A stretch of 64,000 nt of DNA from Trueperaceae bacterium (GCA_965213925.1 OZ243927.1:3968001-4032000); one strand, 5' to 3'. Counted from the first letter of the stretch, positions 18,279 through 28,463 are shown. Numbers and translations are program-made. Notes: generated from the letters alone by a model not told the origin.

Positions 18279-20279
18279 ATGCCAGTGACCAGCACAACCC
18301 ACACCCAAGCCAACCAGACCAACCAAGCTAACCAGACCAACCAAGCTAACCAGACTAACCGCCAGTCCTACCTTCGCTTAGCCCTCTTAGCCGTACTCGT
18401 CTTGTTCTTCACCGCTTGTAGCAGCGTTACCGACACGCCTAACCTAGAGACCCAGGGCAAGACCAAGTACCTCAAGGTGCGCGTCGCCTCGGACAAAGAC
18501 GACGCCGAAGAGCGCGCCTCGGGCAAGGTCGTGCTTGACAGCACCGACTTAGAGCTGCCCTACGACGTCAAGCGCGGTCAGCAGATCGTGGGCGTGCGCT
18601 TCAAGCGCGTTACGATTCCCCAAGGTGCGACCATCAAGCGCGCCGAGGTGCGTTTCAAGGCGGACGAGCGTGACGGCGGCACGGTGCGCCTCAAGGTGCG
18701 CGCCGTTGACAGCGACAGCGCCGCCCCTTTTAGCACAGCGCACCGCAGCCTCTCCAAGCGCAAGACCACCGCCGCCTCGGTCACCTGGCAACCCGCCGCC
18801 TGGCGCAAGGTCGGCGAGCACGGCGGCAAGCAGTGGACGCCCGACATCGCCGCGCTCTTGCAAGAGGTCGTGAACCGTCAAGGCTGGAGAGAGGGCAACG
18901 CCTTCGCGCTACTCATCAGCGGCGAGGGCAAAGCCAAGCGCGTCGCCGAGTCCTACCGCGGTGACCGGCGCGGCGCTCCGCAGCTCTACGTCGAGTACAC
19001 CCTTAGTAGCGCCGCTCCGAGCGCTCCCGAAGCGGCACCTGCGCCCGCGCCCACCCCTGCACCTGCGCCCACAACTAAGCCCACGACCAAGAACGCGCTC
19101 TACGTCTCGACCAAGGGCTCCGACAGCAACGACGGTCGCTCCAAGGACAAGCCGATCAAGACCATCTACAAAGCCACCAAGCTCGTCAAGCCTGGCGACA
19201 CGGTCTACTTGCGCGGCGGCGTCTACAAGGGCAAGTACCAGGGCTACGTCGGCTACGACCGCACCCCCTTTACCACCGACGGCACCCAAGACAAGCCCAT
19301 CACCATCACCAGCTACCCTGGCGAGCGCGCCATCATCGACGGCAGCGACCGCCACTGGCGCGACTCCAAGAGCCTCAGCAGCCCCGAGCTGTTCAAAGTG
19401 ACCGCCGACCACTACGTCATCCAAAACCTGACCTTCCGCCGCGGTGCCGGGCGCGGTCTCTACCTGAGGGGCAAGCACATCACCGTGCGCAACGTCTTAT
19501 CGCACCACCATCATAGCGACGGCATCTACTTCTTGGGCGACTACGGCACCTTTGAGGACACCGTTTCGCACTCCAACTACAGCGAGCAAAATGGCGGCGA
19601 CTCTGCCGACGGCATCAAGATTCCTGGCGGCGTCAAGCACGTGGTGAGAAACTTCTTAGCCTACAACAACTCCGACGACGGTGTCGACATCTTCTGCTCC
19701 AGAAACACGCTCATCGAGTACAGCGTTGCGCACTCCAACGGGCGCGGTTATGCGGGCAACGGCAACGGCTACAAGTTAGGCTGCCGCGGCAACTACCAGT
19801 CGCGCATGAACAACCAAAACGTAGTGCGTTACAACATCGCTTACAAAAACCGCTCGAACAACTTTGACACCAACGGCAGTGGCGGGGTGACCCTCTTACA
19901 CAACACCTCCTGGAAAGCGGGCGGGCGCGGTTTCGCTGGTGACACCGACAGCCGCCGCCGGGTCAACGTCGTCAAGAACAACATCAGCTACCAAGACGCC
20001 AAGGGTGTCGGCATGGGCAAGGGTGACAAGGAGAGTTACAACAACTGGAACCTGGGCATCCGCAACCCCGAGTTCGTCTCCCTAGACCACCGTTCCAGCC
20101 ACTTCTTCAAGCTCAGCCGCGGCAGCGACGCGATTGACGCCGGCAGCAAGCTGAGCAGCTCCTACCGCGGTTCTGCGCCTGACCTAGGTGCTTTAGAGTA
20201 CGGCTCCAGTGTCGCTGAACTGCTCGGTCCGACCGTTAAAGCCCTTCAGGGTGGCACCCTCAAGTTAGCCGGCTTCTAA
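18279..20279 (+). CDS. Secreted lipoprotein: N-terminal beta-sandwich (DDAEE) domain, Pro/Ala linker and PL9-like right-handed beta-helix lyase
   Basis: Lipobox FTAC; PGDTVYLRGG, SADG, NSDDGVD, GNGNGYKLG, PDLGALE. Confidence 0.75.
   Translation: MPVTSTTHTQANQTNQANQTNQANQTNRQSYLRLALLAVLVLFFTACSSVTDTPNLETQGKTKYLKVRVASDKDDAEERASGKVVLDSTDLELPYDVKRGQQIVGVRFKRVTIPQGATIKRAEVRFKADERDGGTVRLKVRAVDSDSAAPFSTAHRSLSKRKTTAASVTWQPAAWRKVGEHGGKQWTPDIAALLQEVVNRQGWREGNAFALLISGEGKAKRVAESYRGDRRGAPQLYVEYTLSSAAPSAPEAAPAPAPTPAPAPTTKPTTKNALYVSTKGSDSNDGRSKDKPIKTIYKATKLVKPGDTVYLRGGVYKGKYQGYVGYDRTPFTTDGTQDKPITITSYPGERAIIDGSDRHWRDSKSLSSPELFKVTADHYVIQNLTFRRGAGRGLYLRGKHITVRNVLSHHHHSDGIYFLGDYGTFEDTVSHSNYSEQNGGDSADGIKIPGGVKHVVRNFLAYNNSDDGVDIFCSRNTLIEYSVAHSNGRGYAGNGNGYKLGCRGNYQSRMNNQNVVRYNIAYKNRSNNFDTNGSGGVTLLHNTSWKAGGRGFAGDTDSRRRVNVVKNNISYQDAKGVGMGKGDKESYNNWNLGIRNPEFVSLDHRSSHFFKLSRGSDAIDAGSKLSSSYRGSAPDLGALEYGSSVAELLGPTVKALQGGTLKLAGF
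18306..18359 (+). repeat. 3 x 18-nt tandem repeat encoding QANQTN
   Basis: CAAGCYAACCAGACYAAC x3 in the signal-peptide n-region. Confidence 0.9.
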
Positions 20280-20337
20280 ACGGAGACGACAAAGGTAAAC
20301 GAGTCAATGAAGTTGAACAAGGTAAATAAGCTAAAGC

Positions 20338-20366
20338 GCAAGGGCGTCCACTTGGGACGCCCTTGC
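20338..20366 (+). terminator. Intrinsic terminator-like hairpin
   Basis: GCAAGGGCGTCC...GGACGCCCTTGC. Confidence 0.65.
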
Positions 20367-20530
20367 TTGTTGGGACTACAAAATTGCAAGAGCAAACGCT
20401 CGAGCCTACTCTTCTAAATTCACCCAAAGTACTTAGCGCAAGTTCCTTACTCGAGGCATCATTACGCAAAGCGTCTACCTAACGTTTGCAGATAGCAGCC
20501 GCAAACGGCTACGTGCGATAAGCTAGAACC

Positions 20531-21916
20531 ATGACGAAACATGACCTTATCATCATCGGCGCGGGACCGGGCGGCTACGTAGCCGCGATTCGCGCCGCCC
20601 AACTCGGCTTCGACGTGGCTTGCATCGACAAGAACGACGCCTTAGGCGGAACGTGCCTGCGCGTAGGCTGCATCCCTAGCAAAGCCCTTTTGGAGTCGAG
20701 CGAGAAGTTCTACGAAGCCCAGAAAAGTTTTCAAGATCACGGCATCAAGGTGAGCGGCGTCGAGCTGGACTTGGACACGATGCTCAAACGTAAGGACAAC
20801 GTGGTTAAAAGCCTTACGGGGGGTGTAGCAGGGCTCTTCAAGAAGAATAAGGTTAAACACTACCAGGGACTCGGACGCATCACGGGTCAAGGTAAAGTCA
20901 CCGTCCAGAGCGACGAAGGCGAAGAGGAGTTAGAAGCGCAGCGCATCCTCATTGCTACGGGCAGCGCCGTCGCTACCTTGCCCGGCGTCGAGTTAGACGG
21001 CGACCGCATCGGTACGAGCAGCCAAGCGATTGATTATCATGAGGTCCCCGAGCACCTCGTTGTGATTGGCGCGGGCTACATCGGCTTGGAACTCGGCTCG
21101 GTCTGGAAACGACTAGGCGCAAACGTCACCGTCGTCGAGTATTTAGACCGCATCCTCCCCGGCATGGACGCCGAAATCGCTAAAGAAGCGCTCAAGCAGT
21201 TTAAGAAGCAGGGCTTAGAGTTTCGCTTGGGCAGCAAAGTGACGTCCGCTAAAGCAGAGGGCGACACCTGCACCGTCGAGATTGAGGGCGCGGACCCCAT
21301 CACCTGTGACCGCGTGCTCGTGGCGGTAGGGCGCAAGCCGAACACGGAAGGGTTGGGTTTAGAGTCCATCGGGCTCGAGCTAGACGACAAGGGACGCATC
21401 CCCGTAGACGAAAGCTTCAAGACCTCAGTGGAGAACGTCTACGCCATCGGCGACGTCATTCGCGGTCCGATGCTGGCGCATAAGGCGGAGGAAGAGGGCA
21501 TCGCCTGCGTGGAGGGCATTGCTAACGGTTACGGACACGTCAACTACGGCGCGATTCCTGCGGTTGCTTATACCGAGCCGGAAATCGCCTCCGTCGGCAA
21601 GACCGAAGAGGAACTCAAGGACGAAGGCGTGGACTTCAAAAAGGGCGTCTTCCCCTATCAAGCGAACGGACGCGCCAAAGCGCTCGGTCATCCCGAGGGC
21701 AAGGTCAAAATCTTAGCGGACGCGGAGACGGACCGCGTGCTGGGCGTGCACATCATCGGCGTACGGGCAGGCGATATGATCGCCGAAGCGGTAGCGGCGA
21801 TGGAGTTCGGCGCGTCGGCGGAGGACATTGCCCGCACCAGCCACGCGCACCCCACACTAGCGGAAACGATTAAAGAGGCGGCGTTGGCCGTGGAGAAACG
21901 TCCTATTCATATATAA
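20531..21916 (+). CDS. lpdA: Dihydrolipoamide dehydrogenase
   Basis: GAGPGGY, GGTCLRVGCIPSK, GAGYIG, HAHPTLAE. Confidence 0.97.
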   Translation: MTKHDLIIIGAGPGGYVAAIRAAQLGFDVACIDKNDALGGTCLRVGCIPSKALLESSEKFYEAQKSFQDHGIKVSGVELDLDTMLKRKDNVVKSLTGGVAGLFKKNKVKHYQGLGRITGQGKVTVQSDEGEEELEAQRILIATGSAVATLPGVELDGDRIGTSSQAIDYHEVPEHLVVIGAGYIGLELGSVWKRLGANVTVVEYLDRILPGMDAEIAKEALKQFKKQGLEFRLGSKVTSAKAEGDTCTVEIEGADPITCDRVLVAVGRKPNTEGLGLESIGLELDDKGRIPVDESFKTSVENVYAIGDVIRGPMLAHKAEEEGIACVEGIANGYGHVNYGAIPAVAYTEPEIASVGKTEEELKDEGVDFKKGVFPYQANGRAKALGHPEGKVKILADAETDRVLGVHIIGVRAGDMIAEAVAAMEFGASAEDIARTSHAHPTLAETIKEAALAVEKRPIHI

Positions 21917-21954
21917 GAACGCAAGCACAAAGAGGTCAAAGAGTCCCAACATTC

Positions 21955-21980
21955 AAGAGAGGTCATGACCTCTCTTTTTC
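21955..21980 (+). terminator. Terminator after lpdA
   Basis: AAGAGAGGTC-AT-GACCTCTCTT followed by a T run. Confidence 0.7.
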
Positions 21981-22042
21981 TTTTGTTTGGAAAAGCTTTA
22001 TAAAAATACTTCAGAATCGTTACCCAGGTATTTGAATACAAA

Positions 22043-22080
22043 ATAGAACTTGACAATATTAAGTTTTAGTTCTATATTAC
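22043..22080 (+). promoter_or_regulatory. Sigma70-type promoter with flanking inverted repeat
   Basis: TTGACA at 22050 and TATATT -10; ATAGAACT...AGTTCTAT inverted repeat. Confidence 0.55.
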
Positions 22081-22159
22081 TCTCTGAGGACTAACGCAGA
22101 AGAGTGATTGGTAAATTCAGCTTTCGATTTATTCACATCTATTATTAAAGGAGGCGAAG

Positions 22160-23053
22160 ATGAGTGAACAAGACCGTATTCACGCGCTTGTCGAAGAAGG
22201 AAAAATCAGCCAGCAGGAAGCGGCGCTTCTGCTCGAGACGCTCCAAGACACCGAACAAAATACCGAAGGGAACATAGGAGGGAATACCGAGCGAGAAGAG
22301 AACGAGCGCGTAAACGTGTCGAAACCGATCACACCGCCTCATCCGCCAACCTCTTTGCCTAACGCCGAACTTGTGGCGAGTACCCCGCCGCCCAACGCAC
22401 CGGAACCCCCCTCTAAAGCCCCGCCAACCTCATCCGCCCAAGAGGTCACACGCTGGGTTACGGTTTCGATGCTGGCGGGGGACTTGGACGTACACGTCGA
22501 TACCTCTTTAAGCGAGCCCGTCTTCGAAGGCAAGGCGGAGCTGACGCGGCGCGGCGACAACTTCGAAATCAGGCAGCGCCCGCGCCAGAAGGAGGGCGAG
22601 AGCATCTTAGATAACCTCTTGAACTGGGTCAAAGCGGGCGACTTGCGGGTGCGTATCCCAGCCGGGTACGGCTTAGAGGTGCAGAGCAAGGCGGGCGACA
22701 TCAACGTCAGAGACATTCCCTACCTCAAAGGAAAACTCTTAGCGGGTGACGTGGACGCGCAAGCGATAGGCGGCGTGGACCTGGTGCTGCAAGCGGGTGA
22801 CGTGGACGTAAGTCTGCGCCTTACAGCGGGAGAGCACCGCCTCAAAGCGAAGGCTGGCGACGTCAATGTTGTACTGTTGGCAGGCTCGAGCGTCACCACG
22901 AAGGGAAACATAAGCGCGGGCTCGCTCCACGTCGAGGGACCGTTCACCCGTCGGGAGAGCATGACCGGCGGGCGCTTCGAGGGCACGGTGGGGGCGGGGA
23001 CGGCGAGGCTCGAGGTTGACCTCATGGCGGGCGACGTGAGCGTGAAAGCGTGA
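22160..23053 (+). CDS. SHOCT-like N-terminus plus DUF4097-like beta-solenoid protein
   Basis: RIHALVEEGKISQQEAALLL; repeated AGD(V/I) strands. Confidence 0.7.
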   Translation: MSEQDRIHALVEEGKISQQEAALLLETLQDTEQNTEGNIGGNTEREENERVNVSKPITPPHPPTSLPNAELVASTPPPNAPEPPSKAPPTSSAQEVTRWVTVSMLAGDLDVHVDTSLSEPVFEGKAELTRRGDNFEIRQRPRQKEGESILDNLLNWVKAGDLRVRIPAGYGLEVQSKAGDINVRDIPYLKGKLLAGDVDAQAIGGVDLVLQAGDVDVSLRLTAGEHRLKAKAGDVNVVLLAGSSVTTKGNISAGSLHVEGPFTRRESMTGGRFEGTVGAGTARLEVDLMAGDVSVKA

Positions 23054-23418
23054 ACGAGCAGCGCCGCATTTTGGAGATGCTTATAGCCGGGCAAGTCAGC
23101 GTGGACGAAGCCGACGCGCTCCTGAGCGCTCTACAGGCGGAGACGCGCGCCGAGGTGAAACCCAAAGGTGCAGCGAAGTTGCTCCGCATCGCCGTGGACG
23201 CGGACGGCGTGTCGAAGGTGCGCGTGAACGTGCCACTCAGCTTAGCCAAATTTGCCGCGCGGTTCGTTCCAAAAGAGGGTCAGATGACGCTGCAAGGGCA
23301 AGGGGTTGACCTCAACGAACTGCTCGCGTCGCTGAACAGCTCGAGCGAAGGACGCCTCCTCGACTTGGAAACGAACGAGCACGGCTATCCGGTCCGAATC
23401 GTCCTCGATATGGTCTAG
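23050..23418 (+). CDS. SHOCT-like domain protein (DUF2089-associated)
   Basis: RRILEMLIAGQVSVDEADALL, KVRVNVPLSLAK. Confidence 0.7.
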   Translation: MNEQRRILEMLIAGQVSVDEADALLSALQAETRAEVKPKGAAKLLRIAVDADGVSKVRVNVPLSLAKFAARFVPKEGQMTLQGQGVDLNELLASLNSSSEGRLLDLETNEHGYPVRIVLDMV

Positions 23419-23425
23419 TGGTGAC

Positions 23426-23812
23426 ATGAGCGAGATGAAAAAACTGCCGATGCCCACCCACTGCCCCGTGACGGGGGAGCCTTTGGAGGTGACGCGGCTA
23501 GAGTGCCCCGAGAGCGGCGTCACCATCGAAGGACGTTTTGCACCGAACGAGTTCGCCCTCCTGTCGAACGAACCCTTGGAGTTCTTACGCCTCTTCGTCA
23601 AGGTGCGCGGCAACCTCAAAGAGGTCGAGCGGATTTTGGGGCTTTCCTACCCCACCGTGCGCCTGCGCTTCGACACGATGCTTAAAGCGCTGGGTTACGA
23701 GGCGGCGGAAGAGGTTAGGGGCGAACGGGCTAATGTTATTGGGCTCTTGGAAAAGGGCGAGATTACGGCTGAAGAGGCGACGGCGCGGCTGCGGGCGTTG
23801 CAGAAGCGGTGA
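23426..23812 (+). CDS. DUF2089 family Zn-ribbon/HTH protein
   Basis: CPVTG..LECPES, GNLKEVERILGLSYPTVR. Confidence 0.88.
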   Translation: MSEMKKLPMPTHCPVTGEPLEVTRLECPESGVTIEGRFAPNEFALLSNEPLEFLRLFVKVRGNLKEVERILGLSYPTVRLRFDTMLKALGYEAAEEVRGERANVIGLLEKGEITAEEATARLRALQKR

Positions 23813-24061
23813 GCGCTTATGTGAGCCTTGGCTTATAAACCTCTCTTATTGGTACATCTGTATACTCGTAATGGGTAAGAGCGGCGCATGGCTCTTGTGT
23901 TCACCCACCTTGGTCAGCAAAGCTGATGGTCGTTAGTGAAAGTGCCTGCGCCGCTCTTAAAGTGTCTATCGCTAGGTCCGCCTATGTCGGACGTGTCCTG
24001 CAGCAGAAGCGTGACCTCGCCCCAAGGGAGAGCGTAACATGAGGCCGTAATCGGCTGAGGT

Positions 24062-24733
24062 TTACTCGAGTACGATCAAGCCACTTTCCGGTACCGGGTA
24101 CCACTGCGCCCCCGGCACGCCGCCGTCCCTGAGCCGCTGGTAGTAGTCGGGCCCGTCGGCGGCCTCGATACGGACAGCGTTCCAACCCGCTTCAAGGTCT
24201 AGGTCGAGGGTCAGCTCCTCATCGGTACCCGCATCACAGGTGCCTTGAAGAGATACATCCCTATCGGTGAAGATGCGCATTTCGAAGACGTAAACGCCGG
24301 GGTTGTTGCGCGGGTCCTCGGCAGCCAGTGAGGTTCCCACGGCGAAGGCGTCACCCTCGTAGACTGATAGGCCCGATACGACACCCCAACGAAACGCTGG
24401 GTCCGAAACCGCTATATCAGCGCAAAAGGGGGGCGTTTCCAATTCCTCATCCGGGACCGGGTCGTCCAGGTCGAGCATGAAGTTACCTTGAGCGTCGATG
24501 GTGCCTCTGCCGAAATCGTCCGAGCTGCCGAAGGCGGTGCCAGCGACGAGCGTACCGGCTGGGCCGCTATAGTCCGTCACCGTTCCCGACAGGAGGCTAA
24601 CGTCAGGAGCAGGGCCAACCGGGTTGTCAGTACCTGGTCTGTTGCTGTCTGGGTCGGTCGCAGCACTACAGGCTGCAAGGGTAAGCGCGAGGGCAAGCGC
24701 GAGAGCAAGCGCAAGAATAGGGTTAAGGTTCAT
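24062..24733 (-). CDS. Hypothetical lipoprotein
   Basis: (LA)n h-region with LAAC lipobox; LDLEAGWN motif. Confidence 0.75.
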   Translation of the reverse strand: MNLNPILALALALALALTLAACSAATDPDSNRPGTDNPVGPAPDVSLLSGTVTDYSGPAGTLVAGTAFGSSDDFGRGTIDAQGNFMLDLDDPVPDEELETPPFCADIAVSDPAFRWGVVSGLSVYEGDAFAVGTSLAAEDPRNNPGVYVFEMRIFTDRDVSLQGTCDAGTDEELTLDLDLEAGWNAVRIEAADGPDYYQRLRDGGVPGAQWYPVPESGLIVLE

Positions 24734-25514
24734 AGAATCTCCTCTCGTAAACCATCGAATCAGAAATAGTCACGGTCTGGCTGGAAAAACTTCACTTTAC
24801 GCTCTAATCCGCACGGATAAATCCTTATAAAGATGCTCCTCGGGAAGTCAGCTTTGAGCAGGGTGTAGAATGGGAGACATCCGAGTCATAGGTCGGCACA
24901 TGTGCCGAACCCATACTAACTTGGCGGTGAACTTTGCCTAGACCTAAGCTTTCAGCCCACGTTAAACCCACTAGAGAGCGCCTACTCGAGGCCGCCGAGG
25001 AACACCTTCAGCGTGGCGGCTATTCAGGGCTGTCCCTCCTGATATCAATGCTGACCGAGTCGTGCGCTTGGGTCAAGACCTAGAGAACGAGCAGCTTCGC
25101 CGAACCCATCAATCCGCATTTTGCAACGCGGGCAGGATATACGAGCACATAGTGGTATACCTGGGGAGCGGAGACTTCATCATTCAGGACCTCGAGTACT
25201 GGACCGAGGATGAGGCCCTGTATTTCCGGCTTTATCAGAACCGTCGGCTGACGGCTGAAGTCGTTGGTCGCTAATCCTGTAGAGACAATCTCGTCAGGCT
25301 TCAGATCGCCAAAACCACAAGAATCAGTTCGAAACCGGTGACCTCATTCAGGTTTCTTCGCCGCGTATATCGTTCGAAGTCTCCCTCGCATCTTTTAACA
25401 GTTCCAAAACATACTGAGGCAAAGTGTCGCAGATACCATCTCATAACGTGCGTACTGAACAGTGTTTTCTACAGTGAGAGTGTCTCAAACCAGATGATAC
25501 CTGCTATTTTAACC

Positions 25515-25778
25515 TCACTTCTCGAAGATTCGCAAATCCTCCGGGACCGCGTCGTGCTCGTCAGCAGGCACGTCAGGCACAGCTGCCAGCACCTCCCTGT
25601 AAGCGTCCTCGTCGGCTCGGTCCGCCCGCTCGCGCAGGTACGTCGCCGCGTCCAGCGCCGAGACCTTCTCGGCTACCGCTAGCGTAATGAGCTGATTGAT
25701 CGAAACGCCCTCCCGCTTAGCGAGTTCGCGGATGTGGTCGTGTAGATAATCAGGGAGGCGCAGGTTCAAACTGCTCAT
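25515..25778 (-). CDS. RHH antitoxin (HicB-like DNA-binding)
   Basis: LNLRLPDYLH...AKREGVSINQLI. Confidence 0.8.
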   Translation of the reverse strand: MSSLNLRLPDYLHDHIRELAKREGVSINQLITLAVAEKVSALDAATYLRERADRADEDAYREVLAAVPDVPADEHDAVPEDLRIFEK

Positions 25779-26203
25779 GGGGTCCATCCTTTCTCGAGAA
25801 GCCTTCGGAACAGCTCGGCGGGGTCGATCACTTCGACGCCCAACGTTTCACTCCCTCTAAAGTCCTTGAGGTTATAGGTGACGATATTAGCGTTCGCGTT
25901 GGCAGCGAGTTCGAGGAGCATGTCGTCGTTTGGGTCATCCAAGAAGGGTCGCCACAGGTAGTTGATGGTCGGGTGCACGGTGTTTGCGCAGAGGAAATCT
26001 AAGAAGGTTTCGATCTGTGTATGGGTGAGGGGCACCATGCCAGGGCGCTTCAACACAGCTTCGTACTCGAGTACCAGCGCGACCGACACGCATAGCTCGG
26101 TAGGCAGCGTAGTCAGTCTGGTGAGCAGTTGGTAGCTGAGCCCCTGCCGAGAGCGCAAACCCGCTACGAGAACATTCGTATCGAAGACGAGGCGCATCAC
26201 CAA
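25775..26203 (-). CDS. PIN-domain toxin (VapC/PIN_3-like)
   Basis: VFDTNVLV, DPNDDMLLELA, IVTYNLKDF. Confidence 0.88.
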   Translation of the reverse strand: MVMRLVFDTNVLVAGLRSRQGLSYQLLTRLTTLPTELCVSVALVLEYEAVLKRPGMVPLTHTQIETFLDFLCANTVHPTINYLWRPFLDDPNDDMLLELAANANANIVTYNLKDFRGSETLGVEVIDPAELFRRLLEKGWTP

Positions 26204-26348
26204 TCAACGTCCAGCGGCATAATTTATAGTACCATATGCGGTGCTATTTAGAAACTAAAAGACCTCTCCTGAAATTTAGCAATGCCTCAGAAAGTCTTTA
26301 TGGTGGGTATCCTTCTGCAAGCGCCGCGCGCGAGCGCAGAAGACCCGC

Positions 26349-28463
26349 TCAATCTGAACTCGCCGCCTGCGCCTCGCCCTGCACCCCTTCCTCCTGACGC
26401 ATCTTAAAGAAGTTGATCGCTAAAACCACGAGGATCAGTCCGAAACCGATGACCTCATAGAGCAAGTTCGGCCAGAAGATACCGACTAAACCTGCTGTAG
26501 CGAGGAGCCTCGAGACCAGATACATCTTCGTGAACATGTAACCTTCTAGCGCCGCCGCGAACGCCCCAAGCGCCGCGAACGCTGTGACGACGTTCCACGC
26601 GACAACGAGCACCGGACCGCCCGTAATAATCTCCGGGTTGAAGACCATGAAGAGCGGGATAAGGTAGAGCCCCTTCGCGAACTTCCACGCTTCGACGCCC
26701 GTCTTCATCGGGTCACTGTTGGCAATACCCGCTGCCGCAAACGCAGCTAGCGCGACAGGTGGCGTCACGTTCGAGTCTTGCGAGTACCAGAAGATGACCA
26801 AGTGCGCGATGATGAGCGGCACGCCGAACTCGTTCTGCAGGGCGGGCGCGGCGAGCACCGCTAAGACGATGTAACTTGCGGTGACGGGCAGACCTAAACC
26901 GAGGACGAGCGAAGCGATGGCGAGCAAGAGGAGCGCCAACAAGAGGTTACCGTTCGAAAACGAGAGCATCAGGGAGGAAAACTTGAGCCCGAGCCCGGTC
27001 AAGCCGATCACGCCAACCACGACGCCCGCGATGGCGCACGCGACGCTGACGGGCACAGCGTTTCTCGCGCCGACTTCCATCGCCTCGAAAAATTTACCCA
27101 ACCCGATCAGGAGCTGGCTCAGCATCGACTTAGAGGAACCCGCCTCCCCCTCTTCATCCTCTTCTAACCGCTCACCTCTTTGAATGAGGGCGTCGCCGAT
27201 TTCGTTGGAGGTTTGGCGCTCAAGCAGCCCCATCCCCTCTACCTCTTCCCGTTCGCCCGACGGCTGCGCATAGAAGTAGCGCACCAGCGCCCGCGCCACC
27301 GATACCACAACGATAGCGACGATGGCGATGAAGCCCACCAAGCTCGGCGAGATGTTCAGAAAGAGGAAATAGATGAGCGCCGCCAGTGGGATGAGGAAGT
27401 GCCAGCCCTCTTTGAACACGCTGCGCACGCTCGGCAGGTTCTCGTCCTTGATGCCTTTCATCCCCCGCTTCGCCGCGATGATATCTACGAAGAGGTAGAC
27501 CGTCGTGAAGTAGAGAATGGCAGGCAAAATACTCAGCTTGACGATGTCGAGGTAGGGCAAACCCGTATACTCGGCAATCAGAAACGCGCCTGCGCCCATA
27601 ATGGGCGGCATGATCTGACCGCCCGTACTCGCCGCCGCCTCCACGCCGCCCGCTTGCTCGGGTTTATAACCGAGCTGCTTCATCAGGGGAATCGTGAACG
27701 AACCGCTCGTCACAACGTTCGCAATCGCGCTGCCCGAGATCGAGCCCATGAACGCCGAGGCGACGACGGCTGCCTTCGCAGGTCCGCCGCGCTGCCGCCC
27801 CGCCGCCGCATACGCCAAGTCGATGAAGAACTTGCCGCCGCCCGTGACCTCTAAAAACGCGCCGAAAAGCACGAAGATAAAAACGAACGTCGCTGCGACG
27901 CCCAGCGGCACGCCGTAGATTCCCTCTTGCCCTAGATAGAGCTGCGCGACGATGCGGTCTACGCGGTAGCCCCTATGTTCCAATATTCCTGGTAAAACGT
28001 TACCTAAAAAGGGAACCGTCCCCCTCGGTCCCGCCATCGCGTAGAGGATGAAAATAAGCCCGATAACCGTAATAAAAAGCCCGATGACGCGGCGGCTCGC
28101 CTCCAAAAGCGTGACCACCGCAACCACGCCGACGATAATATCGGTCTGCGTCCAGAAGCCCGCTCGGTTGATGATGTCGTCTAAAAAGTAAACGAGGTAG
28201 AAGCCCGAGTACGCGCTCCCGAGGATGAACGCGCCGTCGATGAGCCAGCCCAAAATGCCGCGCTTGCGCTCTTTACCGAAAACCGGGAAGAGCAAGAATG
28301 CCAAGATCAAAATAAGCGCCAAGTGGATGCCGCGCTGATAGAAGAGGTTGAGGGCGACGAAGCCCGAGGTGTAGAGTTGGAAGAGGGAGAGACCAACCGC
28401 CACCGCAGAAATGGTCAATAAGATAACTTTAGGCTGGTGTGTGGGAGTATCTTGAACGCTCAC
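26349..28463 (-). CDS. TRAP transporter fused permease (TAXI type)
   Basis: GGPAKAAV, GSAIANVV, ASTGGQIMPPIMGAGAF, NVTPPVALAA. Confidence 0.95.
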   Translation of the reverse strand: MSVQDTPTHQPKVILLTISAVAVGLSLFQLYTSGFVALNLFYQRGIHLALILILAFLLFPVFGKERKRGILGWLIDGAFILGSAYSGFYLVYFLDDIINRAGFWTQTDIIVGVVAVVTLLEASRRVIGLFITVIGLIFILYAMAGPRGTVPFLGNVLPGILEHRGYRVDRIVAQLYLGQEGIYGVPLGVAATFVFIFVLFGAFLEVTGGGKFFIDLAYAAAGRQRGGPAKAAVVASAFMGSISGSAIANVVTSGSFTIPLMKQLGYKPEQAGGVEAAASTGGQIMPPIMGAGAFLIAEYTGLPYLDIVKLSILPAILYFTTVYLFVDIIAAKRGMKGIKDENLPSVRSVFKEGWHFLIPLAALIYFLFLNISPSLVGFIAIVAIVVVSVARALVRYFYAQPSGEREEVEGMGLLERQTSNEIGDALIQRGERLEEDEEGEAGSSKSMLSQLLIGLGKFFEAMEVGARNAVPVSVACAIAGVVVGVIGLTGLGLKFSSLMLSFSNGNLLLALLLLAIASLVLGLGLPVTASYIVLAVLAAPALQNEFGVPLIIAHLVIFWYSQDSNVTPPVALAAFAAAGIANSDPMKTGVEAWKFAKGLYLIPLFMVFNPEIITGGPVLVVAWNVVTAFAALGAFAAALEGYMFTKMYLVSRLLATAGLVGIFWPNLLYEVIGFGLILVVLAINFFKMRQEEGVQGEAQAASSD

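Noticed and set aside
20455..20515. ACGCAAAGC..CCTAA..GATAGC resembling the 3' half of a c-di-GMP-I riboswitch before lpdA
   Set aside because: The 5' GGCAAA/GNRA hairpin is missing; likely chance.
25062..25274. 70-aa ORF as a real gene
   Set aside because: No RBS or recognisable motif; possibly a remnant.
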